A stretch of 64,000 bases of DNA from Nemertoderma westbladi (taxonomy: Eukaryota > Animalia > Xenacoelomorpha), in assembly GCA_032718475.1 (NCBI GenBank), contig JAUCBJ010007098.1, forward strand, positions 1 to 64,000, read 5' to 3'. This document shows, in pieces, positions 49,801 to 59,439 of the stretch. Every line of letters begins with the position of its first letter. Within the stretch, counting starts at the first letter, position 1. Position numbers and translations under genes: made by a program. The notes below the pieces were generated by a model. The model saw only the letters and a list, made by a program, of their open reading frames with translations, made no database searches and had not been told where the DNA came from.

Positions 49801-52800
49801 TCTCCTGTGTAATATCTAAGCCATCATCATTACCTGTTGTCTTAAATAATGCATGCACTACGAAAGATGTTCCTATTACTGGAGCAACAATTATTTCCCA
49901 AACCACTCTCAAACCTGAAACCACTAGTTCTATGGATGTATGCATTTCTTCAAAAGATAACATTCTAGAAACAATTGACGGGCAAGTAAATTTGGGTTTG
50001 CAACCAATACCATTATCATGTCCTCTTCCATTTACATTAAATCCAGTTCCTATCCCAATCCCAATAATGTCGCAGGTGCCTTCACTAGTATCACACTGCA
50101 CTACTTCACCATTACTATCCCCTACAACATCCTCACCAATGATCTCACATTCAACTCAATCATCATTAGTATCGCATACAACATCTCCACCATTGTTATC
50201 ACATATAACTTCCCCACCATTTGAATCGTCCCAGTCAAATCTCTCACCATTGGTATCACATTTAACTTCACCGGGAATATTGACACATTTAACTTGTCAG
50301 CCATTGCTGTCATATTCAACTTTGCCACCAATGGTGTCACATTCAACTTCTTCACCATTGGTGTTAGATTCAACTTACCCACAAATGGTATCTTCCCATT
50401 CAACTTCTCCACCATTGGTGTCACATTTAACTTATCCGACACTGGTGATGCATTCAACTTCCCCACCAATTGTGTCTCATTCAATTTCTCCACCATTGGT
50501 ATCACATTCAGTTACTGCACCATTAGCGTCAAGTTCAATTTCTCCAGCATTAGTATCATATTCAAATTCTCAACAATTGCTGTTACAAACAACAAATATG
50601 CCATTGAATGCTATGGCAATTTCATTCCCACTGATATCACAGCAAGTTTCTCCATCACTATCAATTTCTCCTCCGGTGTTATCACAGAAAACGTCTCTGG
50701 CATTGTTATCACAGATAACATCACTACCATTGTTGCCTAATACAACAACCACAACGTATTTATCTCAGTCAAATTCAACTCCATTGGTATCACAGGTAAC
50801 TGCTCTTCCTCTCATGTTAAAAGAAACATCTCCGTCATCACCATCAAAGTCAACACCACTGACACTGGCACATATAGCATGCAAAAACCAAGCTGATGCT
50901 ACTATCTCCTTACCGGTAAAATCAATAAACTATCTCCCTTCAGAAACGTCTGAAGTCATTGATTCATCTGGTGCCCTCAATTTAACTAAACCAAAAAAAG
51001 TAAAACCGGAAAAAGTAAACATGTTGACGAATCGTTCTGAACTCCTTAACCAACCAATACAAGCGGTTAATGTTCAAAACGAGCCTTTGTCATTGGTGGT
51101 ATCCAATAAGAGAAAACTGGTGGAAACAAATTTAGATTATAGTTGTCTCTCCTTTCCAAAACGAACAAAGGTTGAACCATGCAAGACATCACTAAAAGAA
51201 AATATGAAGTCATTACTTTCAATAGCCACATCGACACATACCCCAGCACCAGCAGTCGCCCAAACATTTTCTGCTTTGAATTTTGATAATAAAGGGCCTA
51301 ATGGACCTAGGATAGCATCAACTTTGCCTACAGATCCGTCGTCGGTGGACCCTTTAATGGCTTATTCCAATTCACTGTCGTCTTGGTGGCAACAAATGGC
51401 AAACTTGCCTTCATACTATCAAAGTGATCCAGCTGCAATTGCATTCCAAAATGATGCCCTCCTCAAAATGGATCCTTCACTGCTGATGTATGCTACAAAT
51501 CCATTCATTGGTGCGTCAATCAATACATCTTCATTAATGTCCACTCCATGCAATACAGAACAGCTATTGGCTACGTTGGCTAATCAATCAACAGACAGCC
51601 TACTCAAGACAATGTCTGGCATCCAGGTGGGTAGCAGCCGTTGGTTTAGTTTATTGGTAAGGAGATCTTGTGACTCTGAAAACCTTTTTGGCTCCATACA
51701 ACCATTTGTTCTTAAAAACATTCCTTCATCCTTTGTAACTTCAATTAATTCATTTGGTAACCCGACGTGTTCAACATCTCAACTGCCAACTTTCGAAACA
51801 CTTTCTAATTGTGAAGACGATGACGATATCGACTTAGAAATTAACAAAGAAAAGCTTATCGGCCTTCCTGCCCCCATTCCACCGGAAAAACTTAAAGGTT
51901 GGTGGTGTATTCTAGAACCTGACATGGTGAAAGAGCTTATTCGGTGCTTGGAACCAATGGGAATACGTGAAAAGTGTTTGCAGAAACACCTGACAAAAGT
52001 GCTAGAAAATATAGAAGATAGTTGTAACAAGGCCAAGCAGAAGACATTTCAGATCGGCCTTCTTTCTGAAGATACCGAAGAGGCTGACTCGTGCGATGCC
52101 AGTAGTTCTAATAGTGAAAGTCGCCCTCGTCAACCATTAATTGTTATACGTAAACTAGAGTCGGCAGATGATTGGTCACCTAATGCCAAGAGTGACTGTG
52201 AGGTCATTCTCATGGACATAATTGAGGACTTGAGTGATAAAGTCTACAATGCTAGCTTACAAGTTCGAGGTTGGCATGCCCCCGAACCCTTAGCTGCTAA
52301 ACTTTATAAATGTGACAATATCTCAACGGACATACTAGCTCAGGCTAGACAACGTCTCATAGACTTAGAATTAGGCATCGAACGTCGCTATTTGAAAGCG
52401 CCGCTGTGTAAAACGATGGTTATAAACCTGGCGAGTGTAGAGGAAGATGTTGCAACCAGCGATAATATGCCTGAGAGTGCGAAGGAAGAAGAAGTGGCCC
52501 CGGCGTTACAGCGATGGCGATTGGCGGTGGAGGAGGTCAAAAGCGCCGCTCAACTCGCTCTTTGTATTGAACAACTAAAGAGCTGCATTGCGTGGGATAA
52601 ATCGATAATGAAAGTATTCTGCCAATATTGCAAGAAAGGTGACTCTGAGGAGCTGTTGTTACTGTGCGACGGTTGCGACCTTGGTTTCCACACCTACTGC
52701 GTCAAACCGTCTCTCAGCGCCATTCCACTGGGTAACTGGTACTGCAACCACTGCGTCGCCAAGGCGACCGGTAACATGGTCTGCCACGAGTGCCAGGGTC

Positions 52801-53429
52801 GGATGCGGTGCCTGCTCCAGTGCGACGCGTGTCCCCGCTCGTTCCACATGAGTTGCGTGGAGCCGGCATTGTCACGGAAACCCCGAGCGCGGTGGAAGTG
52901 TCCCTACTGCTCGTCCCATAACCCATCACTGTCCCTGTCCCCGGCCCCGCCGCCCACACCGAGTCCAAAGAAAAAAGTTAAAAAATTAGAGAAACCTGTG
53001 GAGGAATCCGTGATGGAACGCGAAGTGGATAATAAAACACCAAATAATCCAAAACTCTCGAAAAAGCGCTTAAAGAAACTGAGTAAGGATTCGCGAACGC
53101 CTTCACCGGGTCTCTCTCCAAACGAGGTCTGTCTCCCGCTACTTATAGACATGATCTCACAGACAGACTCGTGGCCTTTCCTTCACGCAGTCGATAACAA
53201 ACTGGTCCCGGCCTACCGGAAGATCATCCGGAGACCGATGGACTTCGCGACTATCCGCCGTAAGGTCGAGCGCTCCTCGTACGCGACTCTGGATGAGTTT
53301 GCCGCCGAGGTTCGACTCGTCTTCGACAACTGCGAGACCTACAACGAGGACGACAGTGACGTGGGTCGAGCGGGGCACACGATGCGTCGATGGTTCGAGG
53401 CGAGATGGGGCGGTTTATTGGGATTGTAA
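43815..53429 (+). CDS. BAZ2B: Bromodomain adjacent to zinc finger domain protein 2 (BAZ2A/B, toutatis-like ISWI accessory subunit), 3204 aa
   Basis: MBD/TAM (PLKHGWRRQT..GDTVYFAPCGKKLR..FSFSAKL, ~45636-45845), coiled coil, DDT (ADLLMTVEFIQTF, ~46690), WHIM1 (LAFLVNDLL..IDNNIEHMVNLRRDKW), WHIM2 (LGEDRYKRRYWILPHAGGLYVE, ~47430), WHIM3 (GWW..GIREKCLQKHL, ~51895), IAWDKSIMK, two PHD fingers (~52617-52910) and a bromodomain (SWPFL..Y..II.RPMDF..FDNCETYNEDDS, ~53125-53410). Likely a pre-duplication BAZ2A/B co-ortholog. Confidence 0.95.
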   Translation: MESTDRRSYPSSSDRHPTSSTRIPSDSSADYAATGSLTERSLSSYNDQNAVYAAAVAAQQLSLLQHSAAGDPYGLVAAASLQQAAASSYPTSSMAALAAAAAYQPHFASYASQLNQGAMSDWWRMYGSLGGGGYLSGAPLIGTYGDSPIITSHHHHSISTGAATTTNRCNSSTKSPGAASDSGASSIDTSLNSMCSEPPNCTRSSSIVTASTASPFKHSTTATPSTLSLYHIPTPSISTVSMDTPFHELPLFQTTPNKDKKEVATTPDSESKLLSNKPILDLSKIFTTPEMNVVQPSNEIVQKASVIGSSYLGSESTSAYVESLIKQTLTGSSSYLGGGGGDLGAGESDFSTAMLMAMSPSSTHGARRSSTTGSTSSRRRKARIECEGNSSQQVRRSESEVSDDIEGCSTDASTTDDNEHRQLVQTRKSQSKRQHPRSAFTSTSPREYSRIAMPSPRLPAPRASFKSPSNGMSAASTSGNLHLDQLFSEDFSAKALLNSLAQRTLQSDNQKVISSISIEKECHEDSDTPLDFSNKKITSEKKLNEVSCKTFVKANNMEIPRDLSCSTSKGVSNPLCPSTKSATEPMEFNPSAIYMQQQKRTPKDVEALMAPLKHGWRRQTTVRCFSRGGIRGDTVYFAPCGKKLRNCAEVFRYLDRHNVSYATRQSFSFSAKLIIGEHIEAKHGCTADAAPGTVEYRKIPYEELISRLNKVQKSRRTLKMLLNKEQGSTSGLIGFGEPSKGTPSIPRPGNSINLPSTNVNNVLKQHAITTNSFQSQSFNTTSTVDHAALYKKLSEEKERRRLDRQRTLVIAREARAKKVLERQKERERVANRIVQDRKRKYEEIAKAKYEDYISKHKEREAKREQASLIKNQERDRKQHYTLLVRAMEGKRHVEDRELCRKERIKEQQRERERRIAEKHQEAIRALERLPREDMCVKDAKDLPDIPRVTGNQLSGPAYADLLMTVEFIQTFHIALGLNIEQNVPTIDALHRGMFNDHSYLEVFLNFFCVLLDLCRKDPGFPPNSQDKTLTGEPCDKVRLTDHNVGEIFRLYLLARGGLHDTIEALETKPLQCLSPNLKSACLAFLVNDLLTSKEITREIDNNIEHMVNLRRDKWISEGKVRKLKIIHAKKYKELMQHGEKKEDNDDDDSDGSDRTEEAGNILTDAEVQQADSLTCYDIDKKVDKLSKQQDGFKHQLMDASHTLRALCLGEDRYKRRYWILPHAGGLYVESVESSEYCLDDSINLGDEDADDEMEDDAGAESANDDTVKVEDKPIVDDIDKLSDKAECKTEPSFKECLEQEENTIVEENVIDGANDKNQIRINTDLSLVGQQGYSNQKQCREADEIKTEPPSIIFNLIPDADSTCDQAEKLPIVDIDDLDISENGIAELDISENGEHSDLRVGGMFSDDDSDFEDVKINVNNAVCSSIDNHSESFYISEQTITSGSYTGLPMMGNHNRASLTTGFTTGIENATGIDEVSSIAPYYSLAGTTPKEICHEIYSTHPVNISINVSLNSQPINGDRNKIETDQTELYSKTGRPSLVSQNLTGIGVMVNGFGELEHIPNITGNCENAVYSSSPFVTTTSKSLMSNLTNKIPQGITNMSLFHMKSVANNNHTTQTKTVFKTALNRPVVSSGIAVLDINGPSQIVKVENSTDCLVKGTQYCGKVSNDQFELGFVEIAQPSKILRIENNSNVPQLVSEDTLLQSTSSTSNQIEDKIALDIHNLLASFQTYVSESISKPTFSTAPKPAPLDVEPASDISTESNCLPVISSAINMCNKTNDNYSVVVSCVSGNQVHPLLESPTIIDSPEPVVVAFDQSGTLKGFNFNLDFSSDNTFDESSVASSADLENCSVDNYKKDINSSVKCDYIQPLTKEVLNENMAGSGVDNDYNLGDNSRIDMLPINDNSEVYTTSTNKDKDTFINVSKISVAQNENTNGEEIIHGKPSCITNATAENSNSNTSESTLKSNPPINYEQANLEALTEIVSPNSSPTNKLRSISCVISKPSSLPVVLNNACTTKDVPITGATIISQTTLKPETTSSMDVCISSKDNILETIDGQVNLGLQPIPLSCPLPFTLNPVPIPIPIMSQVPSLVSHCTTSPLLSPTTSSPMISHSTQSSLVSHTTSPPLLSHITSPPFESSQSNLSPLVSHLTSPGILTHLTCQPLLSYSTLPPMVSHSTSSPLVLDSTYPQMVSSHSTSPPLVSHLTYPTLVMHSTSPPIVSHSISPPLVSHSVTAPLASSSISPALVSYSNSQQLLLQTTNMPLNAMAISFPLISQQVSPSLSISPPVLSQKTSLALLSQITSLPLLPNTTTTTYLSQSNSTPLVSQVTALPLMLKETSPSSPSKSTPLTLAHIACKNQADATISLPVKSINYLPSETSEVIDSSGALNLTKPKKVKPEKVNMLTNRSELLNQPIQAVNVQNEPLSLVVSNKRKLVETNLDYSCLSFPKRTKVEPCKTSLKENMKSLLSIATSTHTPAPAVAQTFSALNFDNKGPNGPRIASTLPTDPSSVDPLMAYSNSLSSWWQQMANLPSYYQSDPAAIAFQNDALLKMDPSLLMYATNPFIGASINTSSLMSTPCNTEQLLATLANQSTDSLLKTMSGIQVGSSRWFSLLVRRSCDSENLFGSIQPFVLKNIPSSFVTSINSFGNPTCSTSQLPTFETLSNCEDDDDIDLEINKEKLIGLPAPIPPEKLKGWWCILEPDMVKELIRCLEPMGIREKCLQKHLTKVLENIEDSCNKAKQKTFQIGLLSEDTEEADSCDASSSNSESRPRQPLIVIRKLESADDWSPNAKSDCEVILMDIIEDLSDKVYNASLQVRGWHAPEPLAAKLYKCDNISTDILAQARQRLIDLELGIERRYLKAPLCKTMVINLASVEEDVATSDNMPESAKEEEVAPALQRWRLAVEEVKSAAQLALCIEQLKSCIAWDKSIMKVFCQYCKKGDSEELLLLCDGCDLGFHTYCVKPSLSAIPLGNWYCNHCVAKATGNMVCHECQGRMRCLLQCDACPRSFHMSCVEPALSRKPRARWKCPYCSSHNPSLSLSPAPPPTPSPKKKVKKLEKPVEESVMEREVDNKTPNNPKLSKKRLKKLSKDSRTPSPGLSPNEVCLPLLIDMISQTDSWPFLHAVDNKLVPAYRKIIRRPMDFATIRRKVERSSYATLDEFAAEVRLVFDNCETYNEDDSDVGRAGHTMRRWFEARWGGLLGL
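50070..50820 (+). repeat. Coding 27-bp (9-aa, HSTSPPLVS) degenerate tandem repeat in BAZ2
   Basis: HSTSPPLVS-HLTYPTLVM-HSTSPPIVS-HSISPPLVS-HSVTAPLAS... Confidence 0.85.
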
Positions 53430-55864
53430 GTCCCACTGACACACAGACAGAGGGGGGCGCGAAATCAATTTAAAAAAACACTAAAATTATGTAGAAATCG
53501 CGTTGCTCGCCTAATCATCACAAAATAATAGTATAGATTGAGTTTTCACTTCGATCCAATGTACCAACGATTTAGTGTTAAAACTTTAATAAGTACGAAA
53601 TAATTTGTTTAACATTTTAGATAATAATTATCTTTCTGATCATTTGATTGTAATTGATTAATATTTTTATTTGTTGTTTATTTTGTAATTATCGCGAAAG
53701 TTTTCCGTAGGAGGATCTGACTCTAGGACTAAAATGTCATTAACTTTGGAAATAATTTATATTTCGATAACAAAATAATGCTATTATTATTATCTGATAT
53801 CAATAATAATTTTATAAGTTAAAATATTGTTGGAGTAGAATTACTTTACAAGCCACTAACATTCTCAGAAATACCACAAAGGGTTTTTTTAATTGTTTTT
53901 CATTTTTTCAAATTGTAATCAAGGTAAAGGTCCTTAACAGTTAATGTAAATTATATTGGGGTGGGGGGGGGGGGGGGGGGGGTAGAAAATGTATGCTGCC
54001 TGTAGTAGGTATAAGTATTATTTTTTTAGTTTAAATTCTTAGGGTTGTCGTATTTAGGGTTTATCTTTATTTATTAATTTTATATTTTAAATCAACCACT
54101 AAACTCTGAAAGCAATTAAAAGTTCTAAGTTGATAAAAGGTTTGCGTTTTCTACAGCTATTATTATAATTTTATGCATGTATACAGTACAATATTAATAA
54201 ACTTATATTCTTAAATTGTTACTTTTTCGCTCGAGAATACCCCAAAATCTGGAGTATCCATCCACTCACTCAAAAGTTATTACAACTTTAGTGTCTGCAA
54301 GACGAACTCCAAAACGGAACTCAATATCCAACATTGGTTTATGTAGTTAAGCGGCTCTCTAACGTAATAATTATTCGAGAACATTAAATTATTTAACATT
54401 GCGTAAGGCAGCATCAGGAGTTGAAGAGTTAAATAATATGAATAGCAGTAACTATGGAAGCAAGTATAATTGCTGTTCAAAAAAAAGTACCAATTTAAGA
54501 ATAAAATTACGTATTACATGGGAAAATAAACGTAGAACATATTTTTCAATATACTGTCAACCCTTTATTAATCTCGCTGGCGTTCGGTAAATAAAAATGC
54601 CTTGAGAATATTGATAAAAAGCTTTTTTTCCCATGTATCCATGACAAAGATAGAGATGTAATAATATTGTTATGTTCGATATATTTTGATATTTTATATG
54701 AAGCTCCGTTAGATATTATACAGCATCGGTTTGTACTTTGTTAATTTCGTACTTTCAAACTATTAAATAGTAATTTATTGTATAAAAACAAGCTATTTAT
54801 GTTTAAAATATTCGATATCGTCCTGGGCATCCGTTTAAAACCAAACACAAGGGGCTGATATTTATTAGTATATTTGCGATTCCCGTTGCATAAATATATT
54901 TATAAAAATTCATAGGAAATAAAACGCAAAATTATTATTGAATATTTGTCTTTTAGACTTTTTATTAATTTGTAATTTAATACTTGGTTTAAAACCATTT
55001 TAATTTATTTTAGAATTATCGGTAGTTATTTCTGGTGTGGTTTCCTTTTTGGAATAGTATTACCTACAGTTTAGGCGTAAAAAAATAATTCCTCATTCCC
55101 ATCTTAAAACCCAAGACTTTTATTTTTAATGAGGTGTTCCTTACTCTATTCTAATTCGTATATAAGATATGATATTTTATGGAATTTATGAATAACTCTT
55201 TCCCGCCAGGCCGTTGAAGCCAAATTAACCGGTGAAATATTTTTTTGCACCTTACTGTTGTTGTATAAAGTAGGCCAGGCCCTACTAATTATATGTCTCA
55301 AGCAGCGTGTTGTGTTGATTAAGCAATGTTGTGTTGTATATGCCTCTATATCCATCCACCCAATCTATATGCGAGCAATGTTTCTGTTTTTCTGTGCAGT
55401 AGTATTGCATTCCGTGCACTGCAGTTTGCCGCGTACAAACACCCCCCTCGCGCTTAGTCTCGTGTGATCCTGTGTCTTTTTCGTATCTTTATTTTTCTTG
55501 ATTATAAATCTGTCTAAAACAGTTTTAGTGTGTAAATAGACAATTATTCCGTGTTAGTATCTACAGTGTCTATATTCAGATTCACATTAATAATATATTA
55601 ATAAACGTTGTGCTTCGTTTGATTTGGTCGTAACAAATCACTTTTTGGCGCTAATTGTCTCGGATCGGAGTTTAAATAAAGCGTTTAATTTTTATCCGAC
55701 TGGGTTGTAGTAAAGTTATCGGTTAACGAGAAACAGGAAACACCAGAGGCAACCAAACGCCTCCTCTCTCTCTCTCTCACTTGGGTCTCTTATTTACTCC
55801 ACTAACCCTACCTTAATAATGCCTTGATCGTATTACTGTTGAATGGGCTAAGCTATAGTTCCTG

Positions 55865-55945
55865 AGTTAACACATCAACGAAAACGGGATTGTTCTTTTT
55901 CGGGCTCGAACTCACGACCTCCTGGATCACCGAAGCTCTAAAAAA
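55865..55945 (-). mobile_element. Remnant of tRNA-derived SINE head (B box)
   Basis: Minus strand GGTCGTGAGTTCGAGCCCG; no complete cloverleaf. Confidence 0.4.
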
Positions 55946-56847
55946 CCAGGAATACCTTAACCTGTTATAGTATAAGTTCGATAAAGCGCTACATTATATG
56001 ACCCACTTGGTTACGGTAACAGTTCAATAAATTTTCCCCTAAATATTTTACACACCTAAAGACTCAATACAGCGGCGTCCCGGAATACCCAACCCATATC
56101 ATATTGTCGAGGACCAACCAGATCATTGGGCTTAGAAACCAATTTATAATGATTATCTTAAAAGAAGTAATTTATCAATAAATTAATTAATTATAAGATG
56201 ATTTAATTAAACAGGCTAAAATTAATGATGAAATGGAATTGGTGAGATCAGCCGATAAAAAAATATGAGCGAACAAATAATTAATGACCAGAAATGTAAA
56301 GTAAATGAGTTGCCGTGTCACATTTGAAACAAATTTGCATGGCTAACTTATATACCACCTCGAATGAAAGTGGATAACAATCATATTATTGTACAAGGTG
56401 TCATCCATTAGGATTAGGCTTAGATTTTATTTTCCTAAAAGTAAGTAATCATATTTGCTTACTAATAAACTGGCGAACTAATTGTGGATTGGAAAATGGT
56501 AAATTATTTCTGAACTGAAAAACAAAAATTAATAATATTAATATTAATAAATTCGACTTTTGTATGGTGTGGATTGACTTGGTTATATAAATTCCAATCT
56601 GAGTAAACTACGGATGCATAGCCATATGATTTATCATAATATCTAGAACTCAAGAACGCTCAATTTGGTGGAAAACAATTCATGATATTATTATAACATA
56701 CGGGTTACATATTACGTTATTTTCAATGTATAAATCGTTAGGAAGGTGTGCATGCCTTTTTAAGGGTTAATTGGCGCGAAAAGCCAAAACATATCGTCAC
56801 TTTAAAGACCCTAAATCCATCTAAACTAAATCATTTTCTACCATTAC

Positions 56848-57090
56848 CAGATAGGGGGGGAAACTGGACGCAATAAAAATTCATCCCTCTCCAGGGGAAA
56901 TTCGACGCAAAGAACAGCTGATTATTCTCAACAATAAATCTTTAACCTGTTCTATTGTGCTTAGTTTATTGTTTTGGTTCAAATAACGTGCCACTGTAAC
57001 CTGCTCCTTTCCCTAAATTGAGAATTTAACATTGAGGCGGGATATTAATTCGCCAAGGCGGGTTTTGCGTCCAGTTTCCCCCCCTGTCTC
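56848..57090 (+). mobile_element. hAT-like MITE family A, complete 243-bp copy
   Basis: TIRs CAGATAGGGGGGGAAACTGGACGCAA / TTGCGTCCAGTTTCCCCCCCTGTCTC and 8-bp TSD ACCATTAC (56840-56847, 57091-57098). Further fragments at ~11690, ~17160, ~29640 and ~39400-39620. Confidence 0.88.
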
Positions 57091-57129
57091 ACCATTACAC
57101 TATAAATCGGTATGCTCTATCCACTAGTG

Positions 57130-57528
57130 GTATTCTGCTGGGCTCTAACTGCTGAGGACACCACATCTCCGGATGGCACATTCACAAGAATGCTACGCCG
57201 GGTTCATTGTGTCAAGTACAATGCACACATCTCCAACCAGACACTATATAACATTGGAGGTGTCTCATTGGTTCCCCCAAGCTTGACACTAGAACAAAAT
57301 CGCCTCCGCTTTGCAGGACATTGCTTTCGCCATGAGGACCAGCCAGTGCATAAACTTGTACTTTGGCAGCCTCATGGAGTGAATAAGCATGGTGGACAGC
57401 CCATGACTTTCTTGAGACACATCTTAAAGGACACTGGCCTTGAAGATGCGGATGATCCAGCAAATGTCATGGGAGTTAGGGAGTTGTGGCGGCGCAATTT
57501 TGTCGACAAGCCGGCACAGCATTCTTAA
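57130..57528 (+). mobile_element. 5'-truncated RTE-clade LINE fragment (ORF2 C-terminus)
   Basis: DGTFTRMLRRV..HISNQTLY..RLRFAGHCFRH..KLVLWQP..DTGL..M..RELWR is typical of RTE C-termini. Confidence 0.85.
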
Positions 57529-59439
57529 AAATGCAGCTGCAATGCAGCATGCCGATCCTAGTAGTAGTAGTAGTCCAGCTTGCTTGACACTTTGTGACAG
57601 AGTGGGTCAAAAATCGTGAACTTTGCGTGACATACCTTATGAACGCCTTTTTACCATAATGTTTTTCTGTACTCTTTACATACAAAAAGACCAAATTCCA
57701 TTACGCTACAAAAATAAAAGCCCTGAATCCAAGTTAAACGGGAACATTACCCCAAATCTATTTTTTTTATTTATAAAGCTACTATTCTGAAACTTTAACA
57801 CAATGATCTGTGATATTTTATAATGAAAACTGAGTATGGGTAGCTTTGTAAACACTTTTGTTCCAAATTTTTGGCTCTTTTTGTGCAGGTCGATTTTTTC
57901 AAAATTTTTATAAATTTTGAGACTTTTATATGTCAAATAAGTCATGTGAAAGGATCTGTAATACTACCTGGGTTGGGGTTCTCGGTCCAAGACTTTGGAA
58001 AAATGGACCTAGATATGTAGGTCATCTTCTATGAAAATTTCTGCACAAAATTATTGTTTTTGAAAAATTTATGAGGGTTTTAGTAAGTTTAGGCTGTATT
58101 TTGGGAATCAAATATTTTGTGATAGGTAAAGGGTAGTAGTTACAAAATCTGTTCTTGGAGAATCAAATAGCCATGTTTTACAAAACCAATACTCACTATT
58201 AATTGTAGCCTTAAAGATGTTGAACATTTTGGTTTATGTTTGAAGACAATAATTGATTAAAAATTATAAAAGTAGTAGGGAATTTAGTGATGAAAAAAGT
58301 CAAGATCGACCAACTGAGAAAAAGGTTGTTTTATACAGAGTCATGAATAACAGTCAAAAATTATTATTATTATGTTGTTGAAAAGTGCTGTTTCGTGGTA
58401 AAAAAATAATTAAATGGTGAAAACCGATGTCACAATTGAAAGCCCTTCTATCAATTTACAAAAACAGGTACAATTTTTTTTAAATGTGAAAATTTCACTT
58501 CCGTGTGTTTAATTATTGTCCGCCCCAACAAAAATTTTATGTGTAACATTTTATGTTTTATGCTGCATCTTAGATATCTACGGAATTAAAAATAGGAACT
58601 ACTTACTATCATTGTATTTCTAAAGCAAATATTATTTTATCATTAAAAACATATCATCAAGCATATATGTCCTATTACATCGAAAATAAACAGTTGTTTG
58701 CTTCTGTAAAATTACAAAAATTGAGTTCGGGACTTCAGGTACTTAAGCGACGATAAGATCTACTTTTATATTTTTACGAAAACTCCCTTGCCACACCTTT
58801 TATATGAAAGTAGGTTATTTCCTAAAAATATGTATGTTGTCTCTTATGTAGAAATAGAGAATGATTGAGAATGATTTTTCCCTCACCGTGGTTTGAAAAG
58901 TCATTCCTGCAGAATAATCCCCCCAGAAAAACCCCGAAGCACAATTAAGAAATTTACAGCTATTTAACTTATTTAGATAAATAATTTATTTTATAAAATT
59001 GTAAAAATTTTAACACACACAACTTTTAGTAGTAACCTTGGTTTGGTATGTGGGACAACACCCCCCCCCCCCCTCCCCCCTCGAGGTTATGAAGATAAAA
59101 ATGAAGAAATATAAACAAAATAAACTTGATGTATTAATGAAGCCATACCATTCGAAATTACCGACATAAAACAAATATCAGTAATATACGTTCGTGTGTA
59201 GATTTTAAGCCAAATATAATTATAAAAACAACTAAAAGCATCGCAAAATATTGTTTCAATTTTCAACGGTACTACATTATTTCAGTACACGTATCTATTA
59301 ATATGACTTGTACAGGTCACCACGAGTGGTCAAATAAAAATACCGTTACATAGAGTAAATAATTACAACGGTAACAATCCATTCGATCTAAAAACAAAAC
59401 CTAAAGCAAATTGCACAGTTTCAATATTTTCTAACAGCA

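Noticed and set aside
44276-53442. Overlapping/antisense ORFs within BAZ2 (e.g. 50122-50505, 50294-50740)
   Set aside because: Explained by codon bias and the 27-bp coding repeat; no independent domain signal.
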